Assembly (NCBI GenBank): GCA_010093815.1 | Contig: ML996594.1 | Origin: Pseudovirgaria hyperparasitica | Taxonomy: Eukaryota | DNA: 55,468 nt | Direction: 5' to 3' (one strand) | Part shown: piece by piece, positions 22,101 to 33,726 of the stretch | Layout of the letters: each line of letters begins with the position of its first letter | How positions within the stretch are numbered: position 1 is the first letter of the stretch | Position numbers and translations under genes: made by a program | The notes under the pieces: model-generated | The model's input: only the letters and a program-made list of their open reading frames with translations | The model's database searches: none | What the model was told of the DNA's origin: nothing

Positions 22101-25100
22101 TAGCCGCCCTAGTTACGGCGGCGAGGTACGCTGCCTTCGTATATAAATAAGGCACGATAATAGAACGGCTTATAGTAGGCTCTACCGGCCTCTAAAGACG
22201 GTATTCTTCCGGGGTATTAAAGGGATTTAGTATAGCTACCATGTATAAAAGAAAGGGAGTTAAAGTACACCCTATGGATAACTCCGAAGCCCACCGAAAG
22301 GTCCCTAGGAATCTATTAGGGTATCTAGACTAGCGTGAACGAGTAATCGTATAGTAGGTACTTCTTCTAGCCGTCCACCTAGGCCTTAACGCGTTTAATA
22401 GGCTAATAGAGCCTTAAAGGGTAACTATCCCGCTAGGAACACGTCTAACGCCTCTACATATAAGTTAGCTAAAGATTAGAATAGAGCTACGTCCCGCGGA
22501 ACTTAAGTTACTATATATAATCTTATTATATCGCGAGGAAGTACTAGTATAGAAATTCTTATACCTTAGTAAATTTAATAAAGAGGTAGCACCTCCGTAG
22601 GAGATCCGAATAGTAGAACATAAGGTATAGTAGGCTAAGAACTTTAATATTCCTAGAGCCCTTTATAGGAAGGTACTCATGATTCTAAAAGAGCGTCTTA
22701 ATAGCGGAAGGCTTAAGCCCTATAGTAGTCCTTATTAAAACGCCTATTTTCTTATGGAAAAGAAGAAGGAAGCTAATAAGGAACGAGATCATAGGTTAAT
22801 TAATTCGGCGATAGAAATCAACCGAGTTACTATTCGTAATGCGGCCACGCCGCCCTCGTATAAAGAATTCTCGGAGTACTTTACGGGGATAGCCGTCTTA
22901 ACGTTTACTAACTTCTTCTTAGGATATGATTAGATTCCATTAGTAGAGCATTACCGAGACTTAACGGGGTTTATAACGCCTCTAGGGTTACTACGCGGGA
23001 TAATATTACCTTAAGGGGCCACTAATTTAGTAGCTTAGTTCGTTAGGATCATATTAACTATTATATAAGAACACATCCCGGAGAGAGCTCTACTATTCCT
23101 AGATAACTTAGGTATTAAAGGACCCACGACGAAATATAACTCTAAGGAGGCCCTACCTAGAATTCGTAGGTATATCCTAGAACATTTAATTAACGTGGAT
23201 AAGGTTCTCGCGGATATAGAGCGCGCCGGATACGCTCTAAGTAGTAAGAAGACTTAGTGGTATATTAAAGCCGCTAACGTTATAGAATACGTCTACGGCA
23301 TTAAAGGGAGGCGACCGAGTAATAAAAAGGTTACTACTATTAGGGACTAGAAACCCTATAAAAACACGACGAATATGCGAGCCTTCCTTGGCGTTTATAT
23401 ATATTTCTAGATATGGATCCCCGGGTACGCTATTATCGCATCGCCGCTATTTATACTATTAAAGAATAAATCGGTCTAGTAGTAGATAGCTAAGGAGTAG
23501 ACCTCGATAGACGCGCTAAAGATAGCTCTAACTACTACTCCTATACTAATAACGTTACGGTACGGGATAGGTGCGGGAGATATAATCCTAGTAGTAGACT
23601 CTAGTAACATTAGATAGGGGGCTACGTTAATATAGGAGAATGAGAATTATAAACGTTAGCTATCGCGGTATAATAGAGGAATATAGTTAAAAGCTAAGAG
23701 AAACTACGACACCGTGAAACTAGAGTACCGAGCCCTCCTCCACGCGTTATAGAAGTTCTAGTAATATCTCTATAGTACGTACTTTATTATAGAAATAGAC
23801 GCGAATACTCTAGTTACTTAAATTAACCATACTATAACTAACTTACTAGGGGCGCTCGTTACTAGGTGGCTCGCGTAGATTTAGCTATAGAACTTTATAG
23901 TTAGGCACGTACCTAGAAAGCGTAACGTAGTCGCTAACGGTATCTTACGGATATACGAAGGAGAAGAACCACCAGACGTCCCTACCTTTAACCTAGACGA
24001 GTTCGTGGATATAGCTCTATATATAGACGTGCTAGAGACGTCGTTAATTAAGCCTATTAGCGGGAGAGATTACACGATAGAGATACTCGACTATACTACC
24101 ATTAAGTCTCCCTTAATAGATGAATATAGCGATAAATAGTAGAGGATTACGAAGTACCTTACTATACTCGAGAGGCTAACCGACCTAACTAACCGAGCGT
24201 ATAAGACCTTTATAACCGACTACCTAAAGTTCCTCGTATATAACTAAATACTCTAGCGGAGAGGAGATAGATATCACTAATATACACGAGTAATTAAGAA
24301 TCCGAATACTAGGGCGTGTATAATTACTACCACTCACGACGAGATAGATTATAGAGATAGTAAAGGGACCCTCGGAAGGATTAAGGATAAGTATTAGTAG
24401 GTAGATATACGTAGAGACGTGCGATAGCACGTGAAAACCTATAATAAATATTAATAACAAAGTAAGCTCCTTGGAGGTCTTAATAAAGGGCTCTACCACG
24501 TTATAACGCCTATTCTTTAGTAAAGAATATACTTAGACGTAACGATACTACCACCTTCCATAGGGTATAGTAAAGTAGTATCTATACGAGAATAGCTAAG
24601 CGGATAGACTAAGGCGGAGGCATGTACGGCGGCCACGTCCATAGTCGTCGTAAAGTTCCTCTTTAAGAACGTAATCTATAGATATGGAATCATTTCTAAA
24701 ATCACCTATAACGGTAGTAGAGAAAATATAGGTGCTATAGAGGAGCTTCTCCGACTCTATAGAATTCATTAGAAGATTACGTCTATATATAATCCCTAAG
24801 TAAATAGAATTATTAAGAGAAGTTTTATACTACTCGCTAATGCTCTCATAAAGATAACTAATAGCGGATTTAAGAACTAGCCCGACCACCTCTATACGGT
24901 CGTCTAGGTAGATAGAATAACGACACGTGCTAGTATAGGGTATAGTACTATATACCTCGTGCTCGGCTATAAACTAATCATACCTATTAAAGTCGAATTC
25001 GAGTCGCTCTAAATGCTCCCTTAGGACGAGATGCGATTAACGTCCGACTTACTTGCTCTTCGAGCTAGATAACTTAAGAGAAGATCCGAGGATCTTAAGG

Positions 25101-25600
25101 AGGCCTATACCTACGCGATACGAACGCGTAAGGAATCGAGAGAGGCATAGAATAATAACTATTACCTTCGTTAAGAGTCGTTACTAGTCGATATAATTAT
25201 CCTTCTATACGACTCGTAGTAATAGAAGGATATAGGGCGGAAGCTAAGGTAGCATTAGAGGGGGCCATATAGAATCTAGTCCGTGTTTAATTATACTTAT
25301 AAGCTTACGGAGCTTAATAGAGCCATGCTTAGAGGGACGTTTCCTAGCCATAGGTTAAAGAAATATTTTATAAGAAATGTGAGTAACGAGAGTTACGACG
25401 AGCCCTCACGACTACTAATTAGAAGAATTACTAAGGAAAATAAGGAGAGTAGTAATAAGGAAAACTATTATAAATAACTTACGGAACACCTTAACGACGC
25501 TACACGAACCCGGATAGAAGTAGTAATTCCTACTCCGTAAGACTTTAATAGAGAGGAATATTTACGTTTCCCTAGAATCGATATCTCCTTCTAGGGGATA
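19190..25600 (+). pseudogene. gag-pol of element C (RIP-inactivated)
   Basis: Same frame throughout: gag FKGINIIAFL ~19403, protease VLF(D)S(G)A(Q)VN ~21480, RT FF(S)GYD(Q)IPL ~22913, LP(Q)GATN ~23005, FLD(D)LGIKGP ~23096, RNase H ~23590, integrase YNP(Q)..GII ~24790. Ends approximate. Confidence 0.88.
21924..21960. repeat. palindrome GGATTATTAGTTAAGGG-CTA-CCCTTAACTAATAATCC (copy 1 of 4)
   Basis: Perfect 17-bp arms with a 3-nt spacer. Confidence 0.95.
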
Positions 25601-26238
25601 GAAGTTTTTTTAAGAAGGGAAGGGATACTTATAAAAGTAGTCTTATAACGATGAACTCTATTATCGAAAGAGGATAATAAACCCTATCATTACTATAAAA
25701 TAATAAAACTTATTATTAAAGTAAGTAATACTCGAAAGAAGACATAATGGCGTTTACGCAAATTCCACCCACTATATATTAAAGCCGGTTATATAATCGA
25801 AGCCCACCTATCGAAGGCCCATTTCATTACTATAGAACGGGCCCTATTAGAAACTAATAAGGAAGAAAAGAAGGAGGAGATATAGGAGAAAAAGATACTT
25901 ATAGGAAGTCTTATAAGAATAAGAATATACCTAGTATCTATTCATTCATAGATTCCGCTATATACCCGGTAGATACATTCATTTATAGATTTCCTATATA
26001 CCTAGCATATATTTATTTACAGATTCGACACGTATACGGGCCTATAGCCGTTAGTAAGGATCATTTATAAAAATTACTATATACCCGGCATTCGAGGAGG
26101 CATAAAAAGAGAACTTAAGATAGTATATAACTCTTCCCTCTTATACCTCTCTATACCTCCTTAATTAATAAAACCTCCTCCTCCACTTCCGCCTCACTTA
26201 ACTACCTCTCCTTAGAACATAACTCGCCAATAGAACCG

Positions 26239-29175
26239 ATAATAATAATAGCCCCGCCGAAAAAGAAAACGCCTACCCGTAAAGAGTTATAAGATCGTTA
26301 AGTACTAATAAGATAGACGCGGTCCTAGTTAAGAGTCGTAAGTACTAAAGTAGGGCTATTAACGGCTATTATAGTATTAAGGCCATCTACTACTCCGTAC
26401 GGATAGGCTATAGAAGCTACGGAAGTAAATAAGTCTACTATTAACCGAATTATCGCCATCTAGGACCCGTAAGAGCGATAGGACTACATTCTAGATATAT
26501 TTAATAATCTCCTTTATATTACCAGCCTTATAGAATAGCTCTTAAGTAGTATAGTTAACCTCTTCTAGGAAGTAGGAGCCGCAATAGGGTATAGTAAGGC
26601 AAAGATTAACTCCTCCATTCCGAAAGAAGTCTATAAGATAATTCGTCGTGGAAGAGACACCAACTCCCGTATCCTAAAAGCCAAAAATATAATCCTATAA
26701 AACTAGCGAAAAGACCTCCCTAATAACGACGGCTAGTTACTCTAATCTACCCTTAGATAGCTCTAGTAAATATAGAACTTTATAGAAAAGCTAGTAGCGC
26801 TCTTACGAGTGCGGACATGGGCGAGAGCGAGGAACTAGTTAAACGCATCCCTATAGTCCCGAATCGGCTAGGGATAGAAGAGAAGGGGAATTAAGGCATA
26901 TCTTTAGAGCTCTAATATTAATACCGCCCTAGCTAGCGATAGTAACGAGGACGGTCTATCTCTCTAGTAACTCTTAAACTACCCTAGCCGATAAAATAAA
27001 CTAACGTTCCATAATAAGACGGGACTTATTATCCCTACTAGTTAATAGTTACGGATAAGTAGAATGGTTTATAGGCCCGTCGAACACTACCTATAAATCA
27101 AAGAGATAAGTATATCGCCTCCGTCTTAGACCTTACCATCGCTAAAACCAGCGTAGGTAACACCTACGGTAAAGTCCCCTCCATAAAGCACGCCTTCTAG
27201 TTTAGTAGTATATCGTCTCTTCGAAGCTAGTCGTCCGTTCGAAGTAAGTATTCCTTCTACTACTACTAGTAAACGTCCCTTACCGGGCTATACGAGAACC
27301 TCTTTAGTATCTATTATAGCTATACCGACAAAACCCACTCGTAGACGTACCTTATCTACCAGCCCTTAGTAATTACTAGGGGCGCCTATATAATAATCCC
27401 TAGTTATTCTTAGTTTATACTCTAAGATAATAGCATCGGTCGAGGAAGAGGACGAGCCTAAGAAGTATTAATACACGCCTTTAGTAACGAAGACTTTTAA
27501 GGTAGCTACATTATTAAAGAAGAATTTCACGAGCATTAAGGGAATGGCCCTACTAGTGCGCTAGAAAGCGTAGATAGGTAACATAGCTATTCCGTATAAA
27601 GTCTACTATAAGCATTACCAAGACGTGGCTAGAAAGAATAATATACTCGTTAGCGTGTCCTACTTAAACCTAGTAGCAAGACTTAAAATAGTATATAAGT
27701 TTAGAGATAACGTGGGGGCCCTTAAAGTTTATAAGGGCCGCTATACCTAGTTCGCGAAGTACGCGCGGCCACCTTATCCGATAGAGGCATTAGGTGTCTA
27801 TCATTACTAGGCCCTAGAGACCCTAAAGCAAGTTATTAATATTAAAACCATTCTTACTAGTATCGCATTTATAATTCAGAAGGAGGACGGTAGAATAGGT
27901 AGGTAACTCTTCGACGAGTAGAAATATACCGGAAGTATTAATATTAAAGGGCTCTTTAAGCTACTTAAAAAGACGACCTCTATACTTAATAAGAGTATTC
28001 TAGAACTCGCGAGGGATGAATTTAATATATATAAGTACTACTAGCGCATGTTTAATAAGAAATCGAACTATAGCTAGCTACGAACTATATACTACTCCTA
28101 TATCTAATAGTTTATTAGGTAATACCTACTTTACTAGCTCACCTATATCGCTCTTCGGCCCGATCTTAACTACTATCTAATCTCGTACCCGTACTATACG
28201 AAGTCCTAGGATAGAGACGATAAGACGGGTTTTAAGTATCTCGATAACGCTATCAATCGAATCCTCGATCCTAGCGATAGATATAGGTTTAATATAATCT
28301 AGGGGAGTATTAGTCTCGACGACGAACGAAGTAACGACTATACCATAATTATTCCCCGCTCCTATAAGTTCTTAAACGAATAGTAGTCGAAGGCCAAGCT
28401 CCGCGAGGGGGTTAATCAAAATAGTATAATCACGGCTATTAATAATAAGATCTATAATACGGACGATAGGAAACGATTTAGTCCCTTCGTTCCGGTCCTC
28501 TACCAGTCCCTTAAAGTACACATCTCTAGCCTACTAATAATACACGGCGCCTAGGGTCCCATAAAGGGTAGAAGACGTACGATACTTCCATGGTATATCG
28601 CGATTAGCCCTAATCATATAATAATAGAAGTGCCTAAAATAGGTACATAGGAATAACTCGCAGTAGCTTATAGAAATTTAACTCTAGGACCCACGTCTCC
28701 GTTAGGATTTTCTAATAAATATAGCGCGATTCCTTTTGCCTTCCTAGCCGTAGTTTAACTCCCGAGTTTTAACGCCGTTAGTAACGCATTAGTCGGCCGT
28801 AAAAGATAGGATAGCTAGAAGGTAAAAGAAGAGGCAGCTACGTGGCTTAACGCAAGTCCTTAATAACTTAAAGCTAAGGTAGACGCCTAGTTTAAGGAGG
28901 GCTCGAGGGTATTCATGGAGACCTTTAAGAAAATAGTAAGGTAGGAAAAGCTAGTCTATAGGGATAGGTCGTTCTAGAAGGAATTTAATAAGGCGCGCGC
29001 CGCCAAGCAGCTAATTAATTTTAAGAAATTCGAGCCTAACGCGGGCCTAGATAATATTAAAGAGAACTTCTACGGATAGAAGAGGCCTAACGAACTATCC
29101 GACGAGGAGGAATCTAACCTCTCTAAGATAAGCGACATGATTCTTTAGAAGCTGGCTCACGACCTTAAGTACTAA
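26239..29175 (+). pseudogene. cargo ORF of element C: putative 2OG-Fe(II) dioxygenase (PhyH-like fold) with a long N-terminal extension, RIP-inactivated
   Basis: About 980 codons in one frame, where the stops read were RIP-type TAA/TAG. Motifs ALRPD..LISYPYYTK, GFK(H)LD (28237-28245), I(Q)GSISLDDE, HGA (28543), RRRTILPWY (28570). Confidence 0.7.
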
Positions 29176-29200
29176 GATTAGGCGCCTAAAAGCCTACCTA

Positions 29201-29233
29201 ATTATTAGTTATGGGCTACCCTTAACTAATAAT
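29201..29233. repeat. palindrome copy 2 (one mismatch), just after the cargo ORF
   Basis: ATTATTAGTTATGGG-CTA-CCCTTAACTAATAAT. Confidence 0.92.
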
Positions 29234-30455
29234 CCGGGCTAAGGTTTACCCGCGCCGAGAGGTTTACTAGGGGCGCATTTTATTCATATTAAGGTCTTTC
29301 TTTTAGGCGTTCTTCACACGGTTTCTTATACGGTTACTATACTACTAAGGGTAGTAGTTCTATAGGCCGGGGAGGTATATGTGGAAGGCCGCTCCTATAG
29401 CCCTATATATATATGTCCCTGGCTCGATTATATGGCTTCATTATATATTTAAGGAGGGCGTTTTCCTCGGTTATTCTACTCGGCACGCTTCCCCCATTAC
29501 TAATATTTAATAATTCGACCTTTCCTTATGTTTATAGGCCTCTATGGGTATTAATTATTAGACTTAGCTATTAAAGAATTAATTAAGAGTATTATATAGA
29601 CCCGTCCTATCGTAAAAGAGAACTAATAAGAAGTCATGCGTTTAAAGAGAACTTATAATACCTAGGAGAGATACTTATGAGTTCGTCGTGACTACTATAC
29701 TAAGAACATAGCTATTTACAAAAAGGGACACACGTGGCGATAGCTTACTATAGTAGTCTAACAGGTCATAGGAGGATTCGGGAATATATTTAAAAGGGTA
29801 GTCTACTCTTCTAATAAGGTTAATTTCTAAAGAGTAGAAATTAAGTATATACGGCCTACTTATATAGTAGTCTCGCTTATTCTAGCTAGCTTAACCTAGG
29901 TCCACCTATTACGGACTATACTAGACTATAGTAGTCTAGTTAAGTCCATCCTAGTGTTAGCCCTAATAATATCCTTCTTCTTTTTATGCTTCGCCCTAAA
30001 GTACTTAGCTATATATAAATCTATAATTCTATAAGCGTTATGTTTATACGCGCATCTAATTAAATCTATATAATATTATTAATAGTCTTTATATTAGTAA
30101 ACTTAAGCTCTAGTTTACTTTTATTTATATACGCGCTTATCCCTTACTTTATAGCTACTACCTTAGAGGTAGATCCGCGGGTTATATAACCGCTATATTA
30201 ACTAAGCTTATATTTAGTTCTCTTATTCTAAATTTTCTTCTCTAGTATATCTACCTTACTCTTAAGGTAAGTCGTTACTTTATATACTATCTCCTTTAGT
30301 TTAGATCCGTTTAGGTCTAGAGTAGTCTATTTTTATTAGAGCTGGTTCTATATAATCTACTCGCGTTATTATAGTTACTAATTTAGCTTCTTTAATCGCC
30401 TTTAAGGCTAAACAAGTATTCTACTCTTAGATCTCTAGTTAACGTGTATATATAG

Positions 30456-32311
30456 ATATCTAATACTAGTTCTATTTCTAAGCCTACCTCCTCCTCTCGT
30501 AAGACTCGCTCTAAAGAGATTATCTCTACCCCGGCTATACCGGCTAAAAAATCCACTTATTATAGTAGTATAAAGGCGCGCTCTAAGTTAGAGAAGAAGG
30601 TAGCTAAGGCTACTACTACTATTACTACTAATATGGCTACTAGTCGCTCTAATCTAGGTAATCCTAGTACTAGTATTACGGAAGAGGTAGCTATAAAGCC
30701 TACCTACACCTACTCGAGCCGCCTATCTACTCTACCTCCTTTAGAGAATAAAGAAGATCTCGTTATAGATAATAATTAAGAGTTTACGCCTTCGCCGCCT
30801 CGCTCTAAATACTATTCCTCTTTTCGGTCTAATATAGACTAACTTAGTCGCTCTAGGTCCTTTTAGGACCTTAATATTCGCTCTAAACCTAGCCCTAGTA
30901 ATAATAAGGCCTAGGTCGCCGAAGATACTAAACGTAGTCACGGTTTACGCTATAGGAAAACGGCGAACTACGGTTCGATATACTTTAAGTATATAAAGGC
31001 TTACGCTACTAGCTCTAAATATCTCTTCCGCTCTAACTCTAGTATTAGCTACTACTCTATTAACCGCGATAGGCCTATATACCTAATCTTTAAGCTCCCT
31101 ATCTACTACCGCCGCTATACTATCCTTAGTAAAGTTTATCTTTAGGTAAGTCTATTAGGCTATTTTAGTCTAGGGTAATCTAAAGTTATCTATACTAATG
31201 CGTTTTTAGATTTCTATTCGTGTATAAGATATATATAACGATCTTCGCGTCTACGAGACTCTCGGTGGTTCTAGCGGTTATCTAGCTTCTATATATAGAG
31301 AGTTTAGGGAGCGCTATAAGCTCTTTCTAGAGGTTATTAATGTAAACTTAACCTCTACTATATCTAATAAGTTTATATAAGGTANNNNNNNNNNNNNNNN
31401 NNNNNNNNNNNNNNNNNNNNNNNNNNNNNNNNNNNNNNNNNNNNNNNNNNNNNNNNNNNNNNNNNNNNNNNNNNNNNNNNNNNNNNNNNNNNNNNNNNNN
31501 NNNNNNNNNNNNNNNNNNNNNNNNNNNNNNNNNNNNNNNNNNNNNNNNNNNNNNNNNNNNNNNNNNNNNNNNNNNNNNNNNNNNNNNNNNNNNNNNNNNN
31601 NNNNNNNNNNNNNNNNNNNNNNNNNNNNNNNNNNNNNNNNNNNNNNNNNNNNNNNNNNNNNNNNNNNNNNNNNNNNNNNNNNNNNNNNNNNNNNNNNNNN
31701 NNNNNNNNNNNNNNNNNNNNNNNNNNNNNNNNNNNNNNNNNNNNNNNNNNNNNNNNNNNNNNNNNNNNNNNNNNNNNNNNNNNNNNNNNAGTCTATTACG
31801 GCTAGATCCTATTATATAACTCTATTTAGATATATATTCCTTATATAAGGAATATTATATATCTATTTATACCTGCCCTTTTCATAATTAAAGTATAAGT
31901 TTAGAAACCGTTAATTATTATTAACCTTAGCTTATAATTTTTAGTCGCTGCGAGATTCCTAGCGCTTAGGCTATCTATTCTAGAGAGTTAGTTTTAGCTA
32001 CTAAGACCATAGAAGAGATTCGTGCTATTTCTTTCTACCCGCCTCGTGCTACTAATAGATCTTATAAGAGATCTACTAGTTCTCCTTCTAAGTTACCTTA
32101 TAAGAGGGTATATATTCTATTCTAGATTATTCTAGACCGTGTTAGCTAACTTTAGGTCTAGTCGCTCCGCTCTAGCACTTAGTTATCGTCTTACTAGGCT
32201 CTAACTAAGCGCGTGGTTACTCTAGAGGATAAGGTCTCTAACCTCCGTTACTCTATTACTCGGTTAGTTTATTTACTACGCTCTAAGAGTAATAATAAGA
32301 TAGAGGAGTAG
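30456..32311 (+). pseudogene. antisense intron-containing accessory gene of Gypsy A (Zn-cluster-like plus coiled coil)
   Basis: Frame from ~30456 ends (C)RR(C)TILSKV(C)L(Q) at intron 31146-31209 (GTAAGT...CTAAT...TAG). Further candidate introns ~31893-31930 and ~32108-32155; last exon ALTKRVVTLEDKVSNLRYSITRL. Confidence 0.65.
31341..31886. mobile_element. LTR-type insertion D (solo LTR or collapsed element; contains N gap 31385-31789)
   Basis: Begins TG and ends CATA; TSD ATTAA at 31336-31340 and 31887-31891; absent from the homologous copy near position 480. Confidence 0.75.
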
Positions 32312-33726
32312 CTCTATGGCTCTATTTACTAGGGTTTCTATATAGTATATATTAGCTCTATCTACCTAGTTTCTATCCGTTTTAGTCCTTTTTAGACTAT
32401 TTAGATATCTATCTACTAGTTTTCTAGTAATTTAATTCTTAACTTAATAATATTATATACGTTCTTATTTATTCTATAACTATTAAATTCTAGGTTCTAA
32501 TTTCCTTTAAGTTACTTAAGTATAGATATTATATATAAATTAGTTTATCTCTCTAAATTATATTAGAGTACCCGAACTAGTAGTCTAGTACTTATTAGTT
32601 TAGATACTCTAACCTTTTATATTATATATTACGAGTTTAATTCCGTAGTAGAGTACTTTTTTAGTTCCTTAGTTCTATATTCTTCTTATATATAATAGTC
32701 TATATTAGTCTATTCTAGACTTCTCTATATTATTCTATTATAATATATCGCGTCGCGTACCTATAACGGTTATTTATATTTTCTTTACGTTTAGTAACTA
32801 TATATTACTTAAATTATAGAGCTATCTTATAGAGTTTTACTACTATACGTTTAGAATTTATAATTTAATACTTTATTCTCTATAGTATTCTTCTTCTTTT
32901 TATAATAGCTCTAATAGTACTAGACTTATAGTAGTAACGTGTTATTCTATAACCTCTATTTATATATAGCTATCGCGGTACTTAAGATATATACCGTAGG
33001 TTCCTAGGTGTTCTTATCCTCGGTATAGTTCTTCCAACGGATTTAATACTTTTAGATACCGTTCTCGTCGAGCCTATATTCGATAATATAGTCTACTTTA
33101 TATACGTCTAGTCTATCTTAGAGTATAATAGAGTATAATTACACGTTTATACGTTTATATACGTTAGATCGAAACCTTTTAAGTAATAAGACGTGGAATA
33201 CGTTATAGACTTTTATATCGTTTCCTAGGTCGAGCTCGTAGACTCTTATACTAATACGACGTTTAATTCGGAAGGGACCAGCCATTTTATAATCGAGCTT
33301 TTTATTTACTCGCGATATTTATATATTATAGATATTAAGAAGGACTTCGTCTCTCTCCTCGTACGCTTAATCTTTAACTAATCTATTATAGTACTTTATA
33401 TACGACTTATTCGCTTACTAGATTATTACGCGATAGTTATATACGGTTTTAAAGATTTTAATCGCTAGTTCCTACGCGTGGACGTTAACATCTATTATTC
33501 AGTTAAACTAGACCGTATAAGGTTCGAAACCTATCCTTAGACTACGTTCTAGGTTCGCCTAGAAGGGCGTGACACCTATTATACTATAATAACTATTATT
33601 ATACGCGAATTCTACTATACTTAGTAGAGAGGCCTAGTCGTCTTATTTAAAATTATAGAATGCACGAAGGTAGGCCTCGAGCGTTTAGTTCTATCGCTCT
33701 ATCTAACTATCTATTTATAGATGGAA

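Larger units (their letters stand above)
18338..29752 (+). mobile_element. Gypsy/Ty3 LTR retrotransposon C (11.4 kb) with a large cargo ORF
   Basis: 373-bp LTRs at 18338-18710 and 29380-29752; 4-bp TSD GTAG inside LTR-A; PBS at 18715; purine-rich tract before 29380; gag-pol motifs in one frame. Confidence 0.92.

Noticed and set aside
26239..29175. Retroviral env gene in the third-ORF position
   Set aside because: No signal peptide or transmembrane segment seen; motifs fit a soluble dioxygenase.
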